Assembly: GCA_965199855.1 (NCBI GenBank) | Contig: OZ241326.1 | Coordinates: forward strand, 160,001-224,000 | Direction of reading: 5' to 3' | From: a bacterium | GTDB lineage: Bacteria; UBA8248 | DNA: 64,000 bases | Shown here: positions 41,546-52,224 of the stretch, in pieces | How positions within the stretch are numbered: position 1 is the first letter of the stretch | How the letters are laid out: each line of letters opens with the position of its first letter | The notes under the pieces: model-generated | Database searches by the model: none | Told to the model about the DNA's origin: nothing | Seen by the model: only the letters and a program-made list of their open reading frames with translations | Position numbers and translations under genes: made by a program

Positions 41546-43300
41546 CTAGGCGACGCCTTCCCGCTCCACGAGCGCGGCCGTCGTGGGCGCTTCTCCGGGC
41601 GGGGGCGCGGCGGCCTCCTCGCCTGCGACCTCGCGGCGCCTCGGCGTCACCCGGCCGTCCTCGAGCGAGAGGACGAGATTGCAGCGCCACCCCTCGCGCA
41701 TTTCGGGATGATCCGCGCGAAAGTGCCCGCCCCGGCTCTCCTCGCGCGCCAGGGCGGCGACGGCGAGCATCCGCGCCACGCCGATGAGGTTGCGGGTCTC
41801 CTGAATCCGCCTCATGCAGTCGAAGCGCTTTCGGGGGGAATCGCCGGCCACGGCGGCCCCCTCGCTCTCCGCCTCCAGCGCATCCAGCCGGACGAGGGCC
41901 TCCTCGAGCCTCGCCCCCTCTCGTATCTGCCCGATTCCCTCCACGCCCACGCGCTGAACCTCCAGGCGCAGGCTCCTCTCGTCCGGCCCGCTCTCGTTCG
42001 CCTCGCGCTCGCGCAGCCGCTCCACCCCCTCGCGCCAGCCTCCGCCCCCGGGGTCGGGCCTCTCCCGCCTCGCCCCCTCGCAGGCCGCGCCTATTCCCGC
42101 ACGCAGCCCGAAGACGTAGCTGTCCGCCAGCGCCGCCCCGCCCGTGCGGTTCGCTCCGTGGACGCCGCCCGCCGCCTCGCCTCCCGCGTAGAGGCCCGGC
42201 AGGCTCGCACGCCCCCACTCGTCGATGCGGACGCCGCCCAGGTAGGTGTGCGGGCCGCTCGCCACCTCGATGGGAGACTTCGCCATATCGACGCCCTGGT
42301 TCCTGAAGACGCGGATGATGTCCGCCGTGGCGCCGTCGCTCACCTCCTCGATCACGCGGCGCGCGTCGAGATAGACGCCGTGGTTCTCCGTGCCGCGCCC
42401 CTCGAAAATCTCCATCCCCACCCCCCGGTTCACCACGGCGCGCGTGGCGCGCTCGGCCCTTTCGGGGTCGTATCGCCGCATGAAGCGCTCGCCGTCCCTG
42501 TTGTAGAGACGGGCGCCCGCGTTGATGAAGCCGCTCGTGTGCGGGGGATAGCCCCTGATCTTCCGGGGCGCCGCCGCCAGCAGCTGATAGTCGATGAACT
42601 CCATGTCGATGAGCTCCGCCCCCGCCCTGAGCGCCATGGCGTAGCCGTCGCCCGATATGTAGGGCGGCGAGTCGTTCACCTCGTGCAGCTGGGGGGCGCC
42701 GCCCGTGGCCATGACGGTCGAGCGCGCGTGGACGACGAGGGGGACGCCCTCCCGATACAGAAACCCCCACGCGCCGACGACGCGCCCGCCCTCCTTCATC
42801 AGGTCCGTGAAGACGGCGTGCTGAATCGTCTCGACGCCCCACTCCCGCATCTTCCCCGCCAGCGCCCGCATGAGGGGCTTGCCCATCAGCTTCCCGCAGT
42901 GGAGAAGGCGCGGAAAGCGGTGCGAGGCGCTCTTCTTCTGGTGGTATCTGCCGTCCTCCAGCCGCACGAGGCCCAGGCCCCAGCCGTCGAGCTCGATGGT
43001 TCTCTGAATCGCCTCCTCGCTCATGATCCGCATCAGCCGGCGGTTGCACACCCCGTAGCTCGCCTCGACGGAATCCTCATAGAGAAACTCCGGCCTGTCC
43101 GAGGGCTCCGCGTGGCCCATCGCCGCCGTGTAGCCGCCGCGCGCCATGGAGGAGCTGCCGGAGGGAAAGGTGGCCTTCGTGACGAGGAGGGGCATCACGC
43201 CCGAGCGGACGCAGCCCGCCGCCGCCATCATGCCGGCGACGCCGCCGCCGATGATGAGCGCGTCCGTCTCGATTTTTCGGACTTCGGAAAATGGACTCAA
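41546..43300 (-). CDS. FAD-dependent oxidoreductase, SdhA/FrdA/NadB flavoprotein family
   Basis: Motifs IIGGGVAG, ATGG, SGDG, DMEF, HTYLGG, GEAAGGVHGANR, REESRGGHFRAD. Confidence 0.88.
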   Translation of the reverse strand: MSPFSEVRKIETDALIIGGGVAGMMAAAGCVRSGVMPLLVTKATFPSGSSSMARGGYTAAMGHAEPSDRPEFLYEDSVEASYGVCNRRLMRIMSEEAIQRTIELDGWGLGLVRLEDGRYHQKKSASHRFPRLLHCGKLMGKPLMRALAGKMREWGVETIQHAVFTDLMKEGGRVVGAWGFLYREGVPLVVHARSTVMATGGAPQLHEVNDSPPYISGDGYAMALRAGAELIDMEFIDYQLLAAAPRKIRGYPPHTSGFINAGARLYNRDGERFMRRYDPERAERATRAVVNRGVGMEIFEGRGTENHGVYLDARRVIEEVSDGATADIIRVFRNQGVDMAKSPIEVASGPHTYLGGVRIDEWGRASLPGLYAGGEAAGGVHGANRTGGAALADSYVFGLRAGIGAACEGARRERPDPGGGGWREGVERLREREANESGPDERSLRLEVQRVGVEGIGQIREGARLEEALVRLDALEAESEGAAVAGDSPRKRFDCMRRIQETRNLIGVARMLAVAALAREESRGGHFRADHPEMREGWRCNLVLSLEDGRVTPRRREVAGEEAAAPPPGEAPTTAALVEREGVA

Positions 43301-43384
43301 AACCCCGCCTCCGCTCGCGCCGCCAGGCGCGGGGCGCGCCCCGAACCCCCGGCCGGAAGGCGGCGGGGAGCGCCGAACCTTCCC

Positions 43385-44185
43385 CTAGCGCTGCTTCGCC
43401 AGAAACGCGGAGACGAGGCCCGTCACCCGCTCGGTGTCCTCGATCGCCATGAGGTGCCCCACGCCCGGAACCACCATCCTCTCCGCCCCCTCGATCTTCG
43501 AGGCCAGCTCCTCCGCGCAGGCGTGGAACCCCGACAGGTCCTTCTCGCCCACCAGAAGGAGCGCGGGCGCCGCGATCCTGGAGGCCGCGCCGGCGAGCGA
43601 GGCGTCCTGCGGCGGGTTCTGGTCGAGCCAGTGCGCGCCCGTGTAGGTGAGCAGCATCTCCTCCGCCCAGTCGGCGGCGTCCTCGTTCTCCGCCAAGGGG
43701 GCGAAAATGGGGAGCTCCGACCAGTAGTCCTTCGCCGCCCGCAGCCCCTCGGCGCGCAGGGTGGCCATGGCCTGGAGCCTCTGGTCGGCGAAATCGGGCA
43801 TGAAGCGGGGAAAGTCGTAGCCCGCTCCCATCGCGATGATCGAGGCCGTCTTCTCCGGATGCGCCGCGGCGAAGGCGAGCGCGACGCCGGCGCCGCGGCT
43901 CAGCCCCACGAGATGGGCTCTCGCTATCCTGACGTGCTCGAGCAGGGCGGCCAGGTCGGCCACCTCGATGTCGCGCCCGTAGCCCGTCGGGGGCTTCTCC
44001 GAGCGGCCGTGCCCCCGCAGGTCGTAGGTCACGACCCGATACTCGCCCCGAAGCGCGAGCTTCTGGCGATCCCACATCGAGCGGTTCAGCCCGTGCGCGT
44101 GCAGGAACACGATGGGGGGGCGCGGGGTCTTCAGCCCGTTGTCGTCATAGGAAATCTGGACTCCGTTGCATACCGCTTGCGCCAC
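43385..44185 (-). CDS. Alpha/beta hydrolase
   Basis: Motifs DLRGHGRS, GLSRG, GEKD, GVGH. GTG start chosen by fold context. Confidence 0.85.
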   Translation of the reverse strand: MAQAVCNGVQISYDDNGLKTPRPPIVFLHAHGLNRSMWDRQKLALRGEYRVVTYDLRGHGRSEKPPTGYGRDIEVADLAALLEHVRIARAHLVGLSRGAGVALAFAAAHPEKTASIIAMGAGYDFPRFMPDFADQRLQAMATLRAEGLRAAKDYWSELPIFAPLAENEDAADWAEEMLLTYTGAHWLDQNPPQDASLAGAASRIAAPALLLVGEKDLSGFHACAEELASKIEGAERMVVPGVGHLMAIEDTERVTGLVSAFLAKQR

Positions 44186-44444
44186 AGGCTCGTCTCCGGC
44201 GGGAGGTTGATCATCCGCGCCCCGCCGCCCGGCTCCTGGGAGCCGTCCCGCGTCGGCGGCCGGGGCCGGGTTGGAAGAGGGAATACATACAACGATTCGC
44301 GGCGATTCGCAAAGCCCGCGCGCCTCTCCCCTCTCCCGGGAGGCCGCCAGACGCATCAAGTCGCATTTCGGGATGGGGTGATTGCAAAAAAAAACAGAAG
44401 CGCGTATTCTTTCTGGCAGGCATATCTATTCTAGGAGAAGAACA

Positions 44445-45488
44445 ATGGCTCTATGGCTTCTTCGCGGTGGTCCCCAAGGAGAATACGAAACGAAATTTCT
44501 GGATGAAAAACGGGCATTCCTCACTTGGGACGGCTTGAAGGATGATTTGTCACAAATCAGCGACCGAGATTCATTAAGAAATCTGCTTGAGGAAACATAC
44601 CCAGAATGCTCAAAACACCAAATTGGCAACTTTTTGGGTCAAGTCTGGTCATTCGCAAAATCAATGCAAATCGGTGATTTGATAGCGACGCCCCGAAAAG
44701 GGAAATCAATTATCGTATTTGGAAAAATACGCGGGGAATATGAACATCACCCCGAAGCGGAAAATCCCTTCTATCATAGTCGAGAAATCGAATGGTTCGA
44801 CGAAGAGGGGATGCTTCGATCAAAAATTGACCAAGACCTCTTATATTCGCTCGGCGCATTCCAAACAATTTGCCAAATCACCAAGAATGACGCGGAGAGA
44901 CGGATTCGCACAATAGTTTCCGAGCGCCCAGATTCTCACAGCCATTATCAACCAGCGACTCAACAAGAAGAGAGAGCAGCAGACGTTGAGGAAGAACAGG
45001 AATCGGTCGACTTCGCCGCACTCGCCCGCGATCAAATCGCAAAGGAAATCATCAAGAAATTCAAGGGGCATGGGATGACCAGACTGGTAGAGGCCATCTT
45101 GAAGGCTCAAGGCTATACCACCTTCAAAAGTCCAGAAGGACCGGACAAAGGCATTGATATACTAGCCGCGCCGGGACAGCTGGGATTTGCACAACCGAGG
45201 ATTTGCGTTCAAGTAAAATCCTCTGACAGCCCTATTGGTCATCAAACCTTGAATGAGCTGATTGGCGTAATGCAGAATGTCGCTGCCGAGCAAGGGCTTT
45301 TGGTTTCTTGGGGAGGATTTCGTTCATCCGTCGAAAAAGAGACGGCTCAACATTTCTTCAAAGTCCGTCTGTGGGATCAGGACGTAATTCTGGATCAGTT
45401 GTTTTCTTCCTACGAAAAACTGGATGAAAATATCCGCGCGGAACTTCCCTTGAAGAGATTTTGGTCGGTGGCGGAACCACAAGAATAA
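44445..45488 (+). CDS. Mrr-family (type IV) restriction endonuclease
   Basis: Motifs WLLRGG, DLLYSLGAFQTIC, GPDKGID, CVQVKS, GLLVSWGGF, RLWD. AT-rich relative to its flanks. Confidence 0.88.
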   Translation: MALWLLRGGPQGEYETKFLDEKRAFLTWDGLKDDLSQISDRDSLRNLLEETYPECSKHQIGNFLGQVWSFAKSMQIGDLIATPRKGKSIIVFGKIRGEYEHHPEAENPFYHSREIEWFDEEGMLRSKIDQDLLYSLGAFQTICQITKNDAERRIRTIVSERPDSHSHYQPATQQEERAADVEEEQESVDFAALARDQIAKEIIKKFKGHGMTRLVEAILKAQGYTTFKSPEGPDKGIDILAAPGQLGFAQPRICVQVKSSDSPIGHQTLNELIGVMQNVAAEQGLLVSWGGFRSSVEKETAQHFFKVRLWDQDVILDQLFSSYEKLDENIRAELPLKRFWSVAEPQE

Positions 45489-45649
45489 AATCGCTCTCCT
45501 CGGGCTTTTCAGGGGCTTCTCCCTCTGCGACCACGAATGAAGCGCGCCCGCCGCAGGCGCGGCGGGCGCGCTCAGGTTCCGCTTCGAGGCGATCCAACCA
45601 AGGCGCGGCCTTCCCGTTCCGGGAGGAGCGCCGCGCCGGGCGGCGGCCC

Positions 45650-47056
<1,407 letters not shown>

Positions 47057-47281
47057 TCATCCGCTCCCACTCTGTTGAAATTCGGTTGATGATGCCATCC
47101 GCTCCGGCGGCGCGCGCCGACGCTCTCCGCGCCGGGCGAAGACGCGCCGATCCTTCGCCCTTGGATGGGACTCGCCGTAACGCCGACAACCTATATCCGA
47201 CAACCTATATGAGAACGCCGAGGCGCGCAAGGCGGATTCGGAGATTCGCCGCCGCCCCTATCGACGAAAAGCGAACCGGCG

Positions 47282-47502
47282 TCAGTCGCGGTTGAAGCCC
47301 CGATCGCCGCGGGTCATGAGGACGCGCTTCCAGAATCCTTCGCGCTCGAGAACGGCCTCGTCAGCCGCCCAGCCTCGCCACGCGCTCTTGCCCCTCGCCC
47401 AGACGTCAAGCGGCTGAGAGCCTTCCCGTTCCATCTTGCGAAGTGAACCTTGAAGTCCGTCAGGTTCTCTGTCGGCCAAATGTCACTCGGAAGAATCGCC
47501 AT
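47282..47502 (-). pseudogene. Internally deleted nuclease remnant (GIY-YIG-associated type)
   Basis: N-terminus DIWPTENLTDFKVHFARWNG frameshifts to QPLDVW..W.GW, fused directly to the C-terminus VLEREGFWKRVLMTRG.RGFNR. Family assignment is from memory. Confidence 0.5.
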
Positions 47503-47530
47503 GATGCGCCTCCACAGTTCGCGGGAAAGC

Positions 47531-48136
47531 CTACGCGGGCGGGGAGACGCTTTCCCCGTAGATCTTCCGGGATTCCTCCTGCGTCACGGCGTTTCCCTCC
47601 GGATCGTGAAGGGGGTATGCCTTGAGCGTTCGCATGAACACCTGAAGGCCGTAGTGAAGCGCGATCATCGCGCCGATCTCCATGATCTGCGCCTCGGTGA
47701 AGTGCTTCTTGCCCTCCTCGTAGAATTCCGCGTCGAGCCGCGCGGCGTCCCGATACATCCAGTAGGAGTAGCGGAGCGCCCATTTCTCGGCGGCGGTGAA
47801 CTGCGGGTCGCTCTCGAAGTCGCCGCAGGCGGCCTCGACGCGCTCCTCCGTCAGCCCCTCCTTCCTCGCCCGCTCCGAGCGCAGGTTGGCGAAGTAGGTG
47901 TCCCGCGCGGTTCTGGCGAGCTGGACGCGGATCATCTCCTTGAGCCCGTGATCCACCCCGCCCATGGCGTGGGAGCGGTGCAGCGCGTCGTGCAGGGTGC
48001 CGGCGCAGCCGGGGGCGCGGGCCATGATGCGCGGGAACAGCGCGTCGGGCGCCCCGGTCTCGGCGGCGCGCTCCATGACGCGATCCCAGTCCTTCTCCTC
48101 GATCTCCCCGGGGTCGAGCGGCTCGATGATCGGCAT
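47531..48136 (-). CDS. AhpD/carboxymuconolactone decarboxylase-like protein lacking the CxxC motif
   Basis: Aligns end to end with the upstream gene, but DTYF replaces CNYU. Confidence 0.85.
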   Translation of the reverse strand: MPIIEPLDPGEIEEKDWDRVMERAAETGAPDALFPRIMARAPGCAGTLHDALHRSHAMGGVDHGLKEMIRVQLARTARDTYFANLRSERARKEGLTEERVEAACGDFESDPQFTAAEKWALRYSYWMYRDAARLDAEFYEEGKKHFTEAQIMEIGAMIALHYGLQVFMRTLKAYPLHDPEGNAVTQEESRKIYGESVSPPA

Positions 48137-48145
48137 GGCTTTCTC

Positions 48146-48808
48146 CTAGGCTCCGTTCGCCCGGGCGCGGTCGCCGTCCTCCACCGCGCGGGCGAGCGGG
48201 CCGCTCAGGTGCGAGACGGGGGAGTCGCCGTAGATGCGGCGCGACTCCTCCTGGCTCACCAGCCGGCCGTCGGGCGAGAACATGGGGTAGAAGTCGAGCG
48301 TTCTGAAAAAGGTGTGGTAGCCCACGTTGAAGCCGATGAAGGCGCCGAGCTCCACGATTTCCGCCTCGGAGTAATGCTCCCTCAGCCGCGCGTAGAACGC
48401 CTCGTCGATCTTCTCCGGCTCCGAATCCATGAGCTCGCTGTATTCGAGCGCCAGCTTCTCGGCGTCCGAGAACTTCTCGCTCTCGCGCCAGTTGTCGATG
48501 CCCTCGTCTATCAGCTCCTCGGTGAGGCCCGCCTGCTTCGCCGAAGCAGAGCGCACGTTCCCTCAGTAGTTGCAGAAGGCGCGGCGCGAGAGCTGGACGC
48601 GGATGATCTCCTTGAGCCCGTGGTCGATGGCGCCGGCGTTGAACACCGCGCCCCAGGCGAGATACATGGACTTCGCCAGATCCTCGTTGTGCCCCTGCAT
48701 GGCGTGAAAGGCGGGGTCGGGCGCGCGGTGCTTGAGCGCCTTGTTGAGGAAGGGGGCGAGCTTCGTCTTCTTCAACTCCTCGATGTCGAGCATGGTGATG
48801 TTGGGCAT
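48146..48808 (-). CDS. AhpD/CMD-like selenoprotein with C-N-Y-U
   Basis: ORFs 48563..48808 and 48146..48556 are one frame joined by TGA 48563-48565 (codon 82): LKEIIRVQLSRRAFCNY-U-GNVRS. The paralog is collinear across the TGA. Confidence 0.9.
48530..48553 (-). promoter_or_regulatory. Putative bacterial SECIS hairpin
   Basis: CGC-T-CTGCTTC-GGC-GAAGCAG-GCG: bulged U and G-rich apical loop 20 nt after the TGA. Confidence 0.75.
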
Positions 48809-48849
48809 CGCGGCGCCTCCTGAAAATGACGCATGAAGTGAGCGTTTGA

Positions 48850-50214
48850 CTATCGCCTCTCCGCCTGAACGCGGCGCAGGGCGGCGTCGAGGGCGGAGGC
48901 CGTGCGCTCCGCCTCCTCCTCGGTGAAGACCAGCGGCGGGCTGATGGTGACCGTGTTCGAGGGGCCATTGGCGACGCCCGCGTTCTTGCCCACGATGACG
49001 CCCTCCTCCCTGGCGTAGGCCAGGACCCTGGAGGTGGCCGCCGTGGACAGGGGCGCGCCGTCCTCCTCGATGAGCTCCACGCCCCAGATGAGGCCCACCC
49101 CGCGCACGTCGCCCACGCAGGGGACGTCCGAGAGCTTCCGCAGAAGCCCGCCCAGGCGGCCGCCGATCTTTCGCGCGCGCGCGGGAAGCTCCTCCTCCAT
49201 CATGATGTCGAGGTTCTTGAGCGCCGCCGCGCAGGAGGCGGGGTGGCCGCCGTAGGTGTTGATCTGGAGAAAGCCCGGCTCGCCCTCCGCGTTCAGCGCG
49301 TCGAAGATTTCGCCGGTGGCAGCCGTCGCCCCGATGGGCAGGTAGGCGCTGCTCAGCCCCTTGGCCATCGTCATGATGTCCGGCTCGATCTCGTAGAGCT
49401 CGGAGGCGAAGAGCGCGCCCGCGCGGCCGAAGCCGGTGATGACCTCATCGGCGATGAACAGGACGCCGTAGCCGCGGCACACCTCGCGCGTCCGCTTCAG
49501 GTAGTCCGCCGGCGGAGGTATCACCCCGCCGCCGCCGATGACGGGCTCGGCGATGAACGCCGCCACCGTCTCCGGGTCCTCGTAGCGGATGACCTCGTCG
49601 AGCTCCTCCGCGCACCGGCGGGCGAGCTCCTCCTCCGACGCCGCGCCGCTCCGGTAGAAATAGGGGGCGCTCACGTGAATCACGCCCGGCAGGAGCGGCT
49701 CGAACGCGGCGCGCCTGGAGGTTTGTCCGGTGAGGCTCGCCCCGCCGATGGTCGCCCCGTGGTAGCCCTGGCGGCGGGCGATGATCTTGTAGCGGCGCCC
49801 GCCGTTCAGCCGCCCCCACGCGCGCGCCAGCTTGAGGGCGGTGTCCACCGCCTCGGAGCCCGAGTTCACGAACCAGATGCGATCGAGCCCCCCCGGCAGC
49901 AGGGAGGCGAGCCGCCCGGCGAGCCTGGCCGCCGGCGGGTTCACCTGGGTGAGGGGATAGTAGGAGAGCTCGAGCATCTGCTCGTAGGCCGCCCGGGCGA
50001 CCTCTTCTCTCCCGTAGCCGACGTTCACGCACCACAGCCCCGCCATGGCGTCGATGTATTCCCGGCCGGCGGCGTCGCGGATGGTCGAGCCGCTCGCCTT
50101 CACCACGACGTCGAGCGGATCCTCCTCCATCCGCGCGTGGTTCAGGAGCGGATGCCAGACGTGCGCCCTGTCCATCGTTCGCAGGGATTCGGCTTCGGCG
50201 ACCGCCGGGTTCAT
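48850..50214 (-). CDS. Class III PLP aminotransferase (omega-amino acid/amine type)
   Basis: Motifs DAMAGLWCVNVGYGR, NSGSEA, YHGAT, FIADEVITGFGR, MAKGLSSAYLPIG. Confidence 0.93.
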   Translation of the reverse strand: MNPAVAEAESLRTMDRAHVWHPLLNHARMEEDPLDVVVKASGSTIRDAAGREYIDAMAGLWCVNVGYGREEVARAAYEQMLELSYYPLTQVNPPAARLAGRLASLLPGGLDRIWFVNSGSEAVDTALKLARAWGRLNGGRRYKIIARRQGYHGATIGGASLTGQTSRRAAFEPLLPGVIHVSAPYFYRSGAASEEELARRCAEELDEVIRYEDPETVAAFIAEPVIGGGGVIPPPADYLKRTREVCRGYGVLFIADEVITGFGRAGALFASELYEIEPDIMTMAKGLSSAYLPIGATAATGEIFDALNAEGEPGFLQINTYGGHPASCAAALKNLDIMMEEELPARARKIGGRLGGLLRKLSDVPCVGDVRGVGLIWGVELIEEDGAPLSTAATSRVLAYAREEGVIVGKNAGVANGPSNTVTISPPLVFTEEEAERTASALDAALRRVQAERR

Positions 50215-50410
50215 GGCTCTCCCCTTCGGGGCTTCGAGTGCGCGCGACTCTTCCGGGCGACGCGGAAAATCTTAATCCGCAACGGGCCGGGAATCAACCG
50301 GCGAAAAACCCTGCCCGCCGGGCGGAAAGCGCGGATTCGCGCGAGCGGGGCCCCTTCTCCCGGAGTCGGAGCGGGCGGCGAGGGAGAAGCCGCCGCCGGC
50401 CGCGCGCGTC

Positions 50411-51643
50411 CTAGACCACGCCTTCGCGCCTCAGCTCTTCCAGCTCCGCCTCCGGCACCCCGAGCAGCCCGCCCAGAATCTCCCCGTTGTGCTGCCCCAC
50501 GAGCGGGGCGGGGGCGGCGTAGCCCCCCTCCATCTCGCTGAACTTCAGGGGAAAGCCCGGCGCCTTCGCGTCGGGGAGCGTTCCGAGGGCGGGGTGTTCG
50601 AGATCGACGATCATCCCGCGCTCGCGCATGTGCGGCCAGGAGAGGACCTCGTCGATTCCGTTCACCGGCCCGCAGATGACGTCGCGCGCGCGCAGGGAGG
50701 CGACCGCCTCCTTCGTCGCGCGCCGCCTCGTCCAGGCGCCGATGAGCTCATCCACCTCCGCGCATCGCGTGACGCGCCGGCTCATGTCCCCGTATCGCTC
50801 GTCGCCGATGAGGTCCTCGCGCTCGATTCCGCGCAGGATGTCGCGCCAGTGGGCGTCGGTTCCCGAGGCGACGACGATCCAGCCGTCCCTCGTCTCGTAG
50901 GCGTTGAAGGGGGCGAGGCGCATGATGCGGTTTCCGAGGCGGGGCGGAAGCCCCAGGCGCTCGTAGCAGTCCATCGGCTCGTCGAAGATGAGCGAGAAGA
51001 TGCAGTCGATCATCGAAACGTCGATGTGCTGGCCCCCGCCCCCGCGCTCGCGGTGGAAGAGCGCCGTCATGATCGCGCCGAAGGCGAACGTTCCGCCCAC
51101 GCTGTCGCCCAGGGCAGAGCCCGCCTTGGTGGGCGGGCCGTCGGGAAACCCCGTGAGGCTCATCAGGCCCGAAGCCGCCTGGGACACGGCGTCGTAGCCC
51201 TTGAGGCCCGCGTCGGGGCCCGTCTGGCCGTAGCCGGTGATGGAGCAGTAGATGAGGGAGGGCTTTCGCGCGCCGAGCGTCTCGTAGTCGATCTTGAGCC
51301 TTCGGGCGACGCCGACGGAGAAATTCTCCACGACGACGTCGGAGCGATCCGCGAGGCCGTAGAAGAGCTCGAGCCCCCGCGGATCCTTGAGGTTGAGGGT
51401 GATCGCCTTTTTCCCCCGCGCGCGCTTGAGGTAAGCGATGCCCATGTCCGCGTCCGTTTGGGGATGATACGAAACGCCCTCGGCGCCGATGTAGGGAGGG
51501 GAGCTGGCCACCGGATCGCCGGTCGCCGGATTGTCCACCCGGATGACCTCGGCGCCCAGCCCCGCCAGGAAAAGCGTGGTCTGGGGCCCCGAGAGAAACT
51601 GCGTGAGGTCGAGAACGCGGACGCCTTCGAGCGGCTTCATCAT
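50411..51643 (-). CDS. CoA-transferase family III (CaiB/BaiF)
   Basis: Motifs PLEGVRVLDLT, RGKKAITLNLK, DVVVENF, CSITGYGQTGP, YD...QAASGLM. Confidence 0.93.
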   Translation of the reverse strand: MMKPLEGVRVLDLTQFLSGPQTTLFLAGLGAEVIRVDNPATGDPVASSPPYIGAEGVSYHPQTDADMGIAYLKRARGKKAITLNLKDPRGLELFYGLADRSDVVVENFSVGVARRLKIDYETLGARKPSLIYCSITGYGQTGPDAGLKGYDAVSQAASGLMSLTGFPDGPPTKAGSALGDSVGGTFAFGAIMTALFHRERGGGGQHIDVSMIDCIFSLIFDEPMDCYERLGLPPRLGNRIMRLAPFNAYETRDGWIVVASGTDAHWRDILRGIEREDLIGDERYGDMSRRVTRCAEVDELIGAWTRRRATKEAVASLRARDVICGPVNGIDEVLSWPHMRERGMIVDLEHPALGTLPDAKAPGFPLKFSEMEGGYAAPAPLVGQHNGEILGGLLGVPEAELEELRREGVV

Positions 51644-51654
51644 CGAGGGGCGAA

Positions 51655-52197
51655 CTACGCGCCGAGCAGAATCTTTACCGCCTGCCGCGCCGCGTCGCTC
51701 GCGCGCGCGGATATCTCCTCGTCCGGGAGCGTGCTCAGCGGGTGCTCGATGACGACGGGGTCGAGGCCGTCCATCCCCAGCGCGGCCCTCTGCACGCGGG
51801 CCTCGTGCAGGAACACTTCCGTCACCACCACGGCGGTGGGCGCTCCTTTCCGCTCCAGGGAAACCGCGTCGTGCATACAGCACGAGGTGCAGGAGCCTCA
51901 GTCGCCGATCGCCGTCAGGACGACGTCGTTCTCCTCCGCGATTCTGGCGATCAGATCGGGCGCGGCGTTCTTGGAGAAGCTCTCCTTCTTGTAGTAGCGC
52001 ACCTCGGCGAAGGGCCCCTCCGCCTCCATCAGCGCCGCGGTCTTCTCAAGCAGCCTGCGCCCGTTCCACTTGGTGTTGTCGAGAACGCCGAGCTTCAGCC
52101 CCTTGAGCGCGGCGACGCGCTCCGAGATGGGCCGCGCCTCGGCCTCGACCGCCCCGCGGGGGTCATAGACGGCCTGTCCGGTGATGACGTCGCTCAT
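51655..52197 (-). CDS. UGSC-motif selenoprotein (thioredoxin-like)
   Basis: ORFs 51898..52197 and 51655..51876 are one frame: VLTAIGD-TGA(51898-51900)-GSCTSCCMHD; Sec at codon 100. Confidence 0.9.
51869..51885 (-). promoter_or_regulatory. Putative bacterial SECIS hairpin
   Basis: TCGTGC-TGTAT-GCACGA; loop 18 nt after the TGA. Confidence 0.7.
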
Positions 52198-52224
52198 GCT
52201 TTCTCCTCCTATGCTCGGTTCCGG

